Part shown: positions 1 through 9,726 of the stretch, piece after piece
Layout of the letters: every line of letters begins with the position of its first letter
Position numbering within the stretch: the stretch's first letter is position 1
Virus record (IMG/VR): IMGVR_UViG_3300032212_000001
Origin: an uncultured virus (IMG/VR IMGVR_UViG_3300032212_000001)
Lineage: Duplodnaviria; Heunggongvirae; Uroviricota; Caudoviricetes
Length of the DNA: 62,372 nt
Strand: one strand, 5' to 3'
Translations under genes and position numbers: made by a program
Notes under the pieces: generated by a model
What the model was told of the DNA's origin: nothing
The model's database searches: none
What the model saw: the letters and a program-made list of their open reading frames with translations, nothing else

Positions 1-3000
1 GACAAGCTTCCAAGGATGCGTGTTCTTTCATGCTTGGGAATCAGAGCCCTGGAGGGTCATGAGAGGGCTCGCAAGAATCCCTTTGAAACGATTGAAGACA
101 TCGGTATTCGCCAGACAGAACGCTGGTTTCCTATTTTCCGATGGACTGAAGCTGATGTTTGGAATCGCATTGACAATATGGAAACGCGCTATGCGACTCC
201 CTACGACCTTGGAATGAGTCGATTGTCTTGTGCCTTCTGTGTCTTCGCAACACTCGATGATTTATTGATTTCTGCGGAACACAATCCAGAGCTACTCGAT
301 AAGTATGTGGGCTTGGAGGAGCGGCTCGCGGAGAAGCATAAAAAGATGACCTTGAAGAAGCAGGTCTCGGCTGGTGAGAAAGCTTACAAAAAAGCCAAGG
401 CGAAGGGTCTTTCTGAGAAAGAGGCAGAAGAGTCAAGAGTTTCGGCGATGAAGAACGTTCCGATGCCTCAGTTTAAGACGGATCTTTCAATCAAGGAAGT
501 GAAGGAGAAGTTCAAAGAGGGCGAGCGCGGTCGTAAGTGGTCGCGTGGGAAGAGAAGGCTTCAAGTCGTTGCTTCAGAGCCACCACCGATCCCCGAGAGC
601 CTTCAGAAGTTCCCCGAAAAGGTTGTCCACGAGGAACAGGCGGAAGTGGATTTATCATGTGCCCCTGACAAAAATGGTGAAAACCTGCGTGTTGGTGATA
701 AGGTCACAACTTTGATAGCCGGGGTCAAAGACACAAAAAAAAAGCCTCTAGAGTTTTACGAGTTCGAGATAAAGAGGATCTTCCCTGGGAAGACGGGGCC
801 ACAGGTCAAACTTTTTTGTTTGGATGCCCCTTCAAAGAACATGACGCTGGCAAGTAATTCGGTGTCAAAGATCAAAGTCCTTGAAGAGACGATAAGCAGC
901 GGTGAGGTTGATAGCGTGGGCAAAAGCGATTGGTCTATAAAGAAAGACGGCAAGAGTTACACGTTGAGCCGTCCCGAGGGTGTTGTTGCCCCTGATATCC
1001 GATTCAAGAAAGCAGCGCTTTTTCTGTCTGAACAGCTTCAATCATTAGAGATGGACTGGTCTGACTTTCCTTCTAATCCGAGAAGGAAGAAAGAAAAGGC
1101 CCTGGCTCTCATACATCGCGTTCGCCGGGTTCGCGATATCTCTGATATCGACACTATTTTAAGTGATATTGAAAGCGAGAAACCTTCAAGCGAAGCTGAG
1201 ACTCTTAAATTCAAAGTGTCTCCGTCGCTTGTTGAATACATCGACCACTTGGTTCTGGATAGGTATATCGACAAGGATGGCGAGCGATATGACATTGATT
1301 CCGAACAGGAATACCAAGCAGCGGTTTTCCTTCGTGATCGCCTGTATGACGGCGTTCTCGAATTGCCCGCCTATGGCGATGTTCTGGAGTCTGTCTATCA
1401 AATCATTCTCGATTCTCTGAACAGTGATGACGAAGACGGCACGGCACATATCGGTCGAGCTTCACGTTCATTTGACAGCTTGTCTAAAAAGCTCCTGGCT
1501 GCTCAGAGAAAATATAAGGACAAGAAGTATTTCTCAAAGAAGAAAGAGAAAACGTTTTCCATGAGAAGTGATAATGATGCCTTCGTCGGCGGTTCTGTTT
1601 GGAAGCCCAGCGAAGTTCTGGATAGTGTTGGTTTTATACTTGCCGACAAGCAAGGCGTCTTGACGATGATTGCGAAGTCTTCTGGAGGCTTCCTTGTTGG
1701 ACCTAAAGACTTCAATGATTCTCAGGAAGTGGCTCGTTGGCTTTCGAGCAAAGGTTTTGATCTTTCAACGAAGCATCGCGATTTGGGTTCTGCGGAGCAT
1801 GAAGATCCAGAATACGTCCTTCGCTATCTTGGTAATCATGACTACGACGAAGCCGTTGCTCTTGTTGATAGGCAATACAAGATTCACTTGGACAATGTGA
1901 AGGCCGATAACAGATCGGACAATCATCTTCTCTGGGAAGGAATGAACGTTTGCGAGGACCAAACCAATAGAGACGCTGTTGTTGTCAGCTTCGATGAAGA
2001 CACTGTTGAGATGAAGATCGACGAAGGGAATGGTCGATCTCGTAAGTTTGTCAGGCCGAGGTCAAAGACTTATATTGAGTGTATGCCAGTTCTCAAAGAG
2101 ATTGCCCGACAGCGAGTGAGAGAGTGGCTGATCGCCCCGATTTTAGTCAACGCCGGTAAGCCCGGTTTGACAGGTCTTTACATGGAGCGTTTCAAGGACG
2201 ATTACGAGCTTGGGTTAGGTATTCTGAACCATTTATTTGATGACATGGGGGCTTTCTCAGACGACGAACGGAAGGACTTTTTGTTTGCGCTCTTCGGTCT
2301 TGAATCACCTTCAGATGAGGATCTTGAAGAAAGGTTCGGTTCGAGTGACGTTGGCGGGATGTATGACAAGTTGAAGGTCGGGCGAGCACCTTGGAGCAGT
2401 GAAGGAAGTATCCAGTTAGAAATGACAATTGGAAAGAGCTTCTTCGACGACTACTTCAAGAAGATCGCTGACGTGATTCCTGACAGCATAGTTTATGAGA
2501 GCGAAAAAGGATCAAATGTATGGGCTCGATATCATGTGATGTTTGTGTTCGACAGGGAACTCTGGGAAGATGCTAAAGATTCATTCAAAGAGAATCGTGA
2601 CCTTGTTGAGTTCGCTAAAATCGTTACTCCTGTAAATCCTCAACAAAAAGTTGAGGACAAGGAAACCGGAACTGACTTCTCGAAGTTAGTGATTAAGCCA
2701 GTATTTGAGCAGGGTAAGAAGGCTCCAGTAATAGAGCCCGCGAAGGAAGCTGTTGTGAAAGAAGAAAACGCTTTCCATGTCGGCGCTGTTGTCTTTTCAA
2801 GAGACGACGACGAGAAAACGCCTTACGTTATTCTCGACGGCAAGCCTGTCAGTGACGGCAGTGATTGGGACGGAGCCGTTCTCATATTCCCACTTCGTAA
2901 AGGCCCTCATGGATTCATTGAATTGGCCGAGTTCCCAAAGCACTTCGTAAAGCTTGACAGTGGGCTCGTTGGACCGAAAAGTAAGTTCATTTTTCATGGG

Positions 3001-6000
3001 AAGTCAGCAAAGTCAGGCTTCAACGCTTTTAAGAAATACATCAGTGCCTTCGTGAAAGACACTGATTATGGTTCTGAAGCTAGATCTTTCTGGAAGGAAA
3101 ACAAGGGCCGAATTGATTTCAGCCCAAAGTGTCAAGATCACTACTTTGTTGACGCTGTGGATCGTCCAGATAAAGGCCCCCTTCATACAGGTGATATTGT
3201 CTACTCGACAGATGACAAAGAACCACAGGCTTATGTCCTTCTCGATGGCGTTCCTGATGAAGATGGCCTCTATAGTCTGTTCCCTCTATCTAAGCCATAT
3301 GACGGCTGGGATGGTGAAATCCTTCAGGAGAAAGGTAAGTTCCTTAAGGTTTTGAAACAAGGGCATGAAGTTGCTAATCCCCTCTTCCACGGTCGCGGTG
3401 CCAAGGCTGTGCGGATTTCATTCGAGATTCTTGTGAACAATGTCATTGTGACTGGTGAAGACCTGTTCGTTGATGATGATTATTCTTACCGTTTTACACG
3501 CCCAGCTCGTTGTTATTGGAGATCGAAGAGTTTTGATCCCCAAGCCGCTGGTCCTCTCTCGGCTGGTCGCGTTTCTAGTGAATCTGACCCCTATGGATTG
3601 AAAGAGCCAGCACCAAAGCCATCGATAGAAGATTCATACGAAGATAAAGCTCGCGCTTATTTCAGCCGTTTTAAGCCGACAGAGCAGGTTGATGAGAGCG
3701 GCTTTCAAAGAGCTATCAAGAGCCCCTCTCTTGGTCACGCTGAGTCAATTCTCAAGAACTTTTTGAGAGACGGTGTTCTCTACAAGACCAAAGACGGCTG
3801 GTATGGTCCGAAGGAATACGAATCGCAGACGAAGAAAGACTCCTACATTGGTCAAGAATGGGAGCACGTTGACAAAACTTCAGGGAAGATGGGGGAGCCT
3901 GATTCTGTTATTTACAAGGTAAAGAGGAAGGCTGGGACCAAATACTACATTGGTCACGACAAATCTGGCTTCGACAAGATTGTTGACAAATCTGATATCG
4001 AAGAATGGATTGAGAGTGACAAAGTTTGGAGCAAGAAATACAAGTCAGAGCTTGAAGAGTCTCGCAAGCCAAAGGAGTCAGTCGTCGATCCCCTTGAAAA
4101 GCGATTTGGAAATCTTCTAAATGGCAAGTCTGCCATGCAAAAGGCTCGTATTATCAAGGCTCTGGAGAAGTGGGTCAGTTGGAAAGATGAAATAAGGCAG
4201 CGTTACAAGCACGTTGAATATTACGTCAAAGAAAAGGGCTGGTTTGTTGACACTGAGACTATCGGCGGCAAAAAAACTCGTGTATTAAGAGGGCCGGATG
4301 GATCTTTCTTTGAGCAGAAGGATATCACCAAGACAGCCATCGACTATGCCGAGTCGATTCAGGCCAAAAAGAAGCCCGTCACGCCGCAAGTCATGGAAGG
4401 TCTTGACCTTTCCCCTAAAGGGGTCGAAACGGCAAACCTTGAAGGTTTTACGCTGCTTGGATCGTCTTCCGACAAGGCTCTTGACATTTATATCCATGAT
4501 TCTCCATCGCATTGGTTCGTTCGATTTGTTGATCCCGATGTTAAAGCCTTTGTGGGATCGGGATTCAAACTCGATAGAGATTGGAGCAAAGAGGACGTTC
4601 TCAATTGGTTGAGGTCGAGCAAGAACATCGAGGTCATTACTTTTGATAAACCGAAGGAGAAGCGAGCTAAGAAGCATCGCAAAATAAGCGATGCTCAATG
4701 GCGCGGCCTTGGTTATTTCGGCCTTGCCGGTTCCGATGGTGTTCGCGCCGACATCGGTAACTCGAACGACCAGCTTGTCAAAGGCGGCTGGGTGCGAATG
4801 AACACCATCAACAAACTGGTGGAGTTCAAGCTTATCAAGGACAAGAAATTCTCCGAGAGAAGTGCTACGGCTCAATCTTGGGGCTGGGTCATTACAGCGA
4901 AGGGTAAGAGAGCTTTGGCTCTCGAAGGCGAGTTCCAGGGGCATAAGCAGCCGGTCGATATGCCGACGCCTAAGAGCGGAAAGGTTTTCGGAATTGGAGT
5001 TTCCCGCTCTGGCAAGAAAGCGAGGGCGCTCCTGGCATCGCTTGATCTTGAGAAGAAGGTTCTCGAAGACCGTGATTTCTATGTAAAACTCAAGCTTGAT
5101 CCCTTCCAAGACCTGTCAATCGAGAGACAAGGGAACAAGGTTCTTTTCACTCATTGGACAATGGTTGGAAGGGCTCCCATGCAAGACCTTGCTATTGACA
5201 CTGAGGTCGAGTTTGATCTGAAGAAGAAGGAAGACGGCTATTACTTTGACTTCTATCTCTACAGATACCTGGGCGTTCATGGCGAGGGAACTTCAAAAGG
5301 TCGCGAAGGTCAGAAGTTGGCTACTTATATGCTCAAGAACGCGATTGGATACGGCTTCGGCGATCTTTCGTCTGTTCAAGTCTTGGATTCAAAAGGGAAT
5401 CACATTGCGGGCAAAGAGCCGGAAAGAATCGTTGCAGCCCCCGAATACCCAGAAGAGATAATTCGGGATCATCTGATTAAAAGAGGGGCTGCTCATAGAG
5501 GTCTTTACAGCGTTCGTATCCTTAATGAAGCTGACCGTTTCCCAGAGGCTCCATATACTGTTGAGTTCAACGCCAAGGGAGAGCCACGAAGATATTTGAA
5601 GTGGCGTTATGACGATATTGACGACGTGAGATTGGAAGCTGAGTTGCTTCTTACAGAGTCAGATTATTCGGACGGTCGGGTTTCGGAGAGTGAACCAACG
5701 GAAGCGGATGAGACCGTCAAAGACATCAAGAGAGATTTCACCTGGGAAGGTAGCGATCCCTTCCGACTTGGCAGCGTTGTGACCATAGGAAATGGTCGAA
5801 AGAGATACGGAATCACTCGATTTACCCCAGATGGCAAAGACGCTTACGTCCAAATCCTTACGGTGAGCAAGGCTGGCCGGACTAAAACTATGGCTTCTCT
5901 CAAGGAATTGAATCTAAAGAGAGAAGCTTTGGAGCCTCAGAATGAGGAACTTGCTCGTGACTTTGTTAATCGAATAGTTCGCGACGAGCAATACATCAAC

Positions 6001-9000
6001 GCTATCAGTCTTGAAAAGGAAAACGCTTTCCTAGATAAGTGGTTGGAGAAGGTTGACGGACGTTACAACGTCAATATCAACATGACCAACTATGTCGGTT
6101 TGAATCTCAAAAACGCTATCGAATGGAAGAAGAAGCAAAACTCCGAGACTTTGGCTCTGGTGGGTTCCCCTGAAAAGCCAGGGTTATCCTTCCCGCTCCC
6201 CGGTCAGAAGAAGACACCTGTTGAAGATTCTCAGCCGGAATGGTTGCAGATTGTTGATTTAGTCAAAGAAGTAAGCGGGGGAAGCCTTCATACAGTCAAG
6301 GACTTGAAGGATATTTCGGAGGGCGATTCTTTTTCAATGTCTAGTGATGACGGTCGCTTTCGTCTTGATTTGACTCCGGGTGTTTTCCAAGGACCAGCGC
6401 TCCCCCCTGGCTTTGACGACTTTGAAGAATCAGCGGATGTTAAAAGTCGTGACGTGGGAGTAAATTTCGAGTCGCTTGGATTGGAAAACGGATCTATCGT
6501 TGAAGTTGGCGGTAAGGGCTGGAGAGTCCGTCGCGTCTTGAGCGAAGTGTCTATGGACGTTTACAAAGCTGGGACTAAGGGTAAAAAGCTTTATAGAGTG
6601 AGACCTATTCGTTCGGGCTCATCCGAAGTTGAAGTTCATGAGATAGGGGCCTATGGTCAAAAGCTTCATGAAGAAGCGGAGGCTGTTGGGCCACTAGAGA
6701 TACCATCTGATTCTGGAGTCAGTGGATACGATGCCCTTGGTATGCTGTTGAACGCTTCCAGGGAGGCTGTGGGCAATTCAGAAGAGCTTCGCCGCTACTG
6801 GGCTCCCGACTTATCAACTTCGGCTCACAGGGACTCTGAGACAGGTCATACCTTCAAGTTGAAAAGTCGTCTTCCAGACGTTTCCTCCATCATGGTTCGC
6901 AAAGTCAAAGGCGTCTCGGGTTCTTATATGTGGAATCTGACAGTCCTCGTTGAAGACGGAGGCATCAAGGAAGACTGGTTTGATACCTATGAAGAGGTGG
7001 AGAGCAAGGTTAAATCTATTGTGAGTCGTGACTTCAAGGACATTTTGAAGCGGCGTCATGCAATGGATCAGTTGAGTCGTGACCCGAATAAAAGTGCTAT
7101 CGGGCCTATGAAGAAGAAAGACGATGCGGATCTTTGGGCAAGCGTTTTGGCTCTTGACGTAGGCGAAGTGAGCGCCCAGTTGTGGGGCGCTCACGACAAT
7201 CCATATATTGACGAAGACGGTTGGTATTTGGTCACGGGCGACGGCGGCTTGAAAAGACTTGTTATTACGACTAAGCAAAAGCTTGAGCATTACAAGATGC
7301 TTCTTGTTGAGCATATCATTGTGAGTTCTACGCCGATGAAGGATGAATCGACCGGGAAAGACCACTCCCTTAGATTTCATAGGACTTCCGGCGCGACTGG
7401 TTATGTGGAATACACGACGACGGATTATGATTACAGAATCGAGGTCAACGAAGATCCGAGGCAGCACCCTGGCCGAAGAAATCCCTCGATGGATTATGAC
7501 AAGAGACAAGCGGATCGTTTGAGACATATTGATCCAGAAGATCCTTCGCTTGGCATGAGATCGTTGTCTCTTGAAGCCAGGGGAGGAGGCGTTGAGGCTC
7601 CGATGGTTCGTGTCGGTGGAATCAAAGCTTATGATTACAGTGAGGGCTATATTGTAAAGCCAGTTCTTCAGATGGCAAAAGAGGCTGAGTGGTTTGTTGA
7701 CCCCGATGATTTTGCCTCTGGTGATTATGGAATAAAGGCTCCTCCTGTAGCCTTGGTGTCGTTCCATAACGGTCCTGACTACTTGGTATCAACCAGTCGA
7801 GAGGCGGTGGTTAAATTCAGGGACTTCTTCCTGGCTCGTCTTGAGGAGAGAGAGTCTCAGTATTCTGTTGTTGAGATAGGCACTGATTATTTAACGACTC
7901 TCTATAACTCTGAACTTGATTATGAGATCACGATTGCCAATGCTAAAGACAACCCTGATGCAAAGAGGAAGGCAGCATTTAGAGAGCTTGGAAGCGAGCT
8001 TTTGGGTGTTTCCTGGGATTTGGAAAGCATGGAAGATATCTTTCATGGCCTGAACCGGATAGCGAATCCCACGACGAGTTCTCCGCTAGGTCATTTCTTC
8101 CTTCCTGACTCAAAGCACATCGCGATTGATATGAAACGCGGCAAGGACTTCAATAAGGATTTTGTTGACTTCCTTGACAATGAGCTTCTTTCGGGTGGAG
8201 AGGTTTTTGATCGAGATGATTTAGTCGCGGCTCCAGCGAGTGAGCTGATTTGGGACAGGAAGAGCAAGGCGGCTTATCCAAAAAAAGAGAACCCCAAAAA
8301 AAAAAGAGGTGATTTCGACAAGGGCAAGGTGAAGAATCCGATCTCCCCTTGGCGTGGCGGCACAGTCTTTCGATCTGTTTCTCCCTGGGAGCTTTACGAT
8401 ATATTTGACAAGGGGGAGATGACAGGTCGTGCGTCCCGTTACTGGGCAGACCCGAGACCAGAGTGTTTGCTTTTTTATGGAGATGAAATAGAAGGTGTTC
8501 TGAGCCACGGATCTGATTACACAAGAGCTGTTGGGGGAAGGGACGTATTCACCAAATCCTACATACTTGCTGCTAGAGTGGATAAGGAAGCGAAGAAGCT
8601 TTCCGAGAAGGCAGCGGTTGCAGAGCTTCTTGTGAACGTTCTTTATGACCACGGGAAAGAGGAAGCGTCGGAGGAGCTTGAAGAAGGCTTGGAAGAGTCA
8701 TTTAGGGAGCCCCTGGAGCGCTTGAGAAAGATTCCCGGCGAGATTCGTAGGGAAATTTCAAGAGTCGTTGGAAGCGGCGCTAAAAGGCTTGAGAGCCTTT
8801 CACGGGAATTTGACTCCTATGTTGTAGAGTTAGGTCTCATTGAAGGAACTTATTACACGGGCAAACATTCAATGGCTGGCGGGACGGGGGACAACAACAA
8901 TGAGATATGCACTCGTCCAGGCTTTGCAGTCCCTATTGAAGAGATCGAGAAGATACACTTTGTAAAAGCGGGCAGGGTCGTAAAAACGTTAGAAGGCCCC

Positions 9001-9231
9001 TTTACCCATCAGCATTTTGGTGATTTATTTGAATACCCACCAGAAATTGAAGAAGCCGATTCTTTCGAGTCATTGTATAAAGGTTATTTGAGTGAGTCTC
9101 GTGAGAAGATAAACGAATTGCACTCAGCAGAAGCCTACTGGCTTTCTGATGTTGATAATAGGCTTGTCGAAGAAGCCAAGGATCAGCGCGAAGTATTGAA
9201 GAAGCTTCATCAGAGGCGACGGTTAAATTAG
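1..9231 (+). CDS. Giant (>3,070 aa) modular/polyvalent protein, 5'-truncated; N-terminal PAPS-reductase-like domain
   Basis: Frame is open from base 1. GIRALEGHERAR, PIFRWTEADVW and YDLGMSRLSCAFC match the C-terminal half of the PAPS-reductase/DndC-like family. The rest is a string of small domains, including an internal duplication (2764-3530). Confidence 0.8.
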   Translation, partial: DKLPRMRVLSCLGIRALEGHERARKNPFETIEDIGIRQTERWFPIFRWTEADVWNRIDNMETRYATPYDLGMSRLSCAFCVFATLDDLLISAEHNPELLDKYVGLEERLAEKHKKMTLKKQVSAGEKAYKKAKAKGLSEKEAEESRVSAMKNVPMPQFKTDLSIKEVKEKFKEGERGRKWSRGKRRLQVVASEPPPIPESLQKFPEKVVHEEQAEVDLSCAPDKNGENLRVGDKVTTLIAGVKDTKKKPLEFYEFEIKRIFPGKTGPQVKLFCLDAPSKNMTLASNSVSKIKVLEETISSGEVDSVGKSDWSIKKDGKSYTLSRPEGVVAPDIRFKKAALFLSEQLQSLEMDWSDFPSNPRRKKEKALALIHRVRRVRDISDIDTILSDIESEKPSSEAETLKFKVSPSLVEYIDHLVLDRYIDKDGERYDIDSEQEYQAAVFLRDRLYDGVLELPAYGDVLESVYQIILDSLNSDDEDGTAHIGRASRSFDSLSKKLLAAQRKYKDKKYFSKKKEKTFSMRSDNDAFVGGSVWKPSEVLDSVGFILADKQGVLTMIAKSSGGFLVGPKDFNDSQEVARWLSSKGFDLSTKHRDLGSAEHEDPEYVLRYLGNHDYDEAVALVDRQYKIHLDNVKADNRSDNHLLWEGMNVCEDQTNRDAVVVSFDEDTVEMKIDEGNGRSRKFVRPRSKTYIECMPVLKEIARQRVREWLIAPILVNAGKPGLTGLYMERFKDDYELGLGILNHLFDDMGAFSDDERKDFLFALFGLESPSDEDLEERFGSSDVGGMYDKLKVGRAPWSSEGSIQLEMTIGKSFFDDYFKKIADVIPDSIVYESEKGSNVWARYHVMFVFDRELWEDAKDSFKENRDLVEFAKIVTPVNPQQKVEDKETGTDFSKLVIKPVFEQGKKAPVIEPAKEAVVKEENAFHVGAVVFSRDDDEKTPYVILDGKPVSDGSDWDGAVLIFPLRKGPHGFIELAEFPKHFVKLDSGLVGPKSKFIFHGKSAKSGFNAFKKYISAFVKDTDYGSEARSFWKENKGRIDFSPKCQDHYFVDAVDRPDKGPLHTGDIVYSTDDKEPQAYVLLDGVPDEDGLYSLFPLSKPYDGWDGEILQEKGKFLKVLKQGHEVANPLFHGRGAKAVRISFEILVNNVIVTGEDLFVDDDYSYRFTRPARCYWRSKSFDPQAAGPLSAGRVSSESDPYGLKEPAPKPSIEDSYEDKARAYFSRFKPTEQVDESGFQRAIKSPSLGHAESILKNFLRDGVLYKTKDGWYGPKEYESQTKKDSYIGQEWEHVDKTSGKMGEPDSVIYKVKRKAGTKYYIGHDKSGFDKIVDKSDIEEWIESDKVWSKKYKSELEESRKPKESVVDPLEKRFGNLLNGKSAMQKARIIKALEKWVSWKDEIRQRYKHVEYYVKEKGWFVDTETIGGKKTRVLRGPDGSFFEQKDITKTAIDYAESIQAKKKPVTPQVMEGLDLSPKGVETANLEGFTLLGSSSDKALDIYIHDSPSHWFVRFVDPDVKAFVGSGFKLDRDWSKEDVLNWLRSSKNIEVITFDKPKEKRAKKHRKISDAQWRGLGYFGLAGSDGVRADIGNSNDQLVKGGWVRMNTINKLVEFKLIKDKKFSERSATAQSWGWVITAKGKRALALEGEFQGHKQPVDMPTPKSGKVFGIGVSRSGKKARALLASLDLEKKVLEDRDFYVKLKLDPFQDLSIERQGNKVLFTHWTMVGRAPMQDLAIDTEVEFDLKKKEDGYYFDFYLYRYLGVHGEGTSKGREGQKLATYMLKNAIGYGFGDLSSVQVLDSKGNHIAGKEPERIVAAPEYPEEIIRDHLIKRGAAHRGLYSVRILNEADRFPEAPYTVEFNAKGEPRRYLKWRYDDIDDVRLEAELLLTESDYSDGRVSESEPTEADETVKDIKRDFTWEGSDPFRLGSVVTIGNGRKRYGITRFTPDGKDAYVQILTVSKAGRTKTMASLKELNLKREALEPQNEELARDFVNRIVRDEQYINAISLEKENAFLDKWLEKVDGRYNVNINMTNYVGLNLKNAIEWKKKQNSETLALVGSPEKPGLSFPLPGQKKTPVEDSQPEWLQIVDLVKEVSGGSLHTVKDLKDISEGDSFSMSSDDGRFRLDLTPGVFQGPALPPGFDDFEESADVKSRDVGVNFESLGLENGSIVEVGGKGWRVRRVLSEVSMDVYKAGTKGKKLYRVRPIRSGSSEVEVHEIGAYGQKLHEEAEAVGPLEIPSDSGVSGYDALGMLLNASREAVGNSEELRRYWAPDLSTSAHRDSETGHTFKLKSRLPDVSSIMVRKVKGVSGSYMWNLTVLVEDGGIKEDWFDTYEEVESKVKSIVSRDFKDILKRRHAMDQLSRDPNKSAIGPMKKKDDADLWASVLALDVGEVSAQLWGAHDNPYIDEDGWYLVTGDGGLKRLVITTKQKLEHYKMLLVEHIIVSSTPMKDESTGKDHSLRFHRTSGATGYVEYTTTDYDYRIEVNEDPRQHPGRRNPSMDYDKRQADRLRHIDPEDPSLGMRSLSLEARGGGVEAPMVRVGGIKAYDYSEGYIVKPVLQMAKEAEWFVDPDDFASGDYGIKAPPVALVSFHNGPDYLVSTSREAVVKFRDFFLARLEERESQYSVVEIGTDYLTTLYNSELDYEITIANAKDNPDAKRKAAFRELGSELLGVSWDLESMEDIFHGLNRIANPTTSSPLGHFFLPDSKHIAIDMKRGKDFNKDFVDFLDNELLSGGEVFDRDDLVAAPASELIWDRKSKAAYPKKENPKKKRGDFDKGKVKNPISPWRGGTVFRSVSPWELYDIFDKGEMTGRASRYWADPRPECLLFYGDEIEGVLSHGSDYTRAVGGRDVFTKSYILAARVDKEAKKLSEKAAVAELLVNVLYDHGKEEASEELEEGLEESFREPLERLRKIPGEIRREISRVVGSGAKRLESLSREFDSYVVELGLIEGTYYTGKHSMAGGTGDNNNEICTRPGFAVPIEEIEKIHFVKAGRVVKTLEGPFTHQHFGDLFEYPPEIEEADSFESLYKGYLSESREKINELHSAEAYWLSDVDNRLVEEAKDQREVLKKLHQRRRLN

Positions 9232-9265
9232 AGAAAACGTTTTCTGACTTTTTAAGGATGTCGTA

Positions 9266-9562
9266 ATGAGAACAGTTCGTAGAAATCCAGCCCAAGGCGG
9301 CAATTGGTCTTTCAAGCTCTTTGATAATTCGGTGAGCAAGGACGATCCTGTAGAGGTGTTTAGCGGCTCTTTTTCTGATTTGCCTGACGCATTGAGGGCT
9401 GCTATAACGAGCCGGGTTTTTAACGCCCAGGGTGCCGTAAAGACTTTGCCGGTTGAAGTTGAGACGAAGCCCAAGGCCAGCGCAGACGATGCAATCCTCC
9501 AGGCTCTCTCAAGCGTGGTCAAGTCCGGTTTGGAAAAGAAGCTAGAGGAAGCCAATCGGTAA
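9266..9562 (+). CDS. Small hypothetical protein with N-terminal RRNP motif
   Basis: 98-aa ORF with an upstream AAGGA; starts MRTVRRNP; amphipathic C-terminal helix. Confidence 0.75.
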   Translation: MRTVRRNPAQGGNWSFKLFDNSVSKDDPVEVFSGSFSDLPDALRAAITSRVFNAQGAVKTLPVEVETKPKASADDAILQALSSVVKSGLEKKLEEANR

Positions 9563-9726
9563 AAACATAGCCATCCAAGAAAAAATATGCTTTGGTGTCA
9601 GATTTAAGTCTGCCATCCGTTATTATCTTCAGCAAAGCATGTCTTCCTAGAACGCTTATACGAAAAGTATAGATCATCTAGGAAACTCTAGCTTGTGGAA
9701 AACGTTTTCTCTTGGAGCTGTGTTCT

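Noticed and set aside
8292..8306. CCCC-A10 run as a programmed frameshift or phase-variation site
   Set aside because: It encodes PKKK in an open frame, with no convincing alternative-frame product or stimulatory structure.
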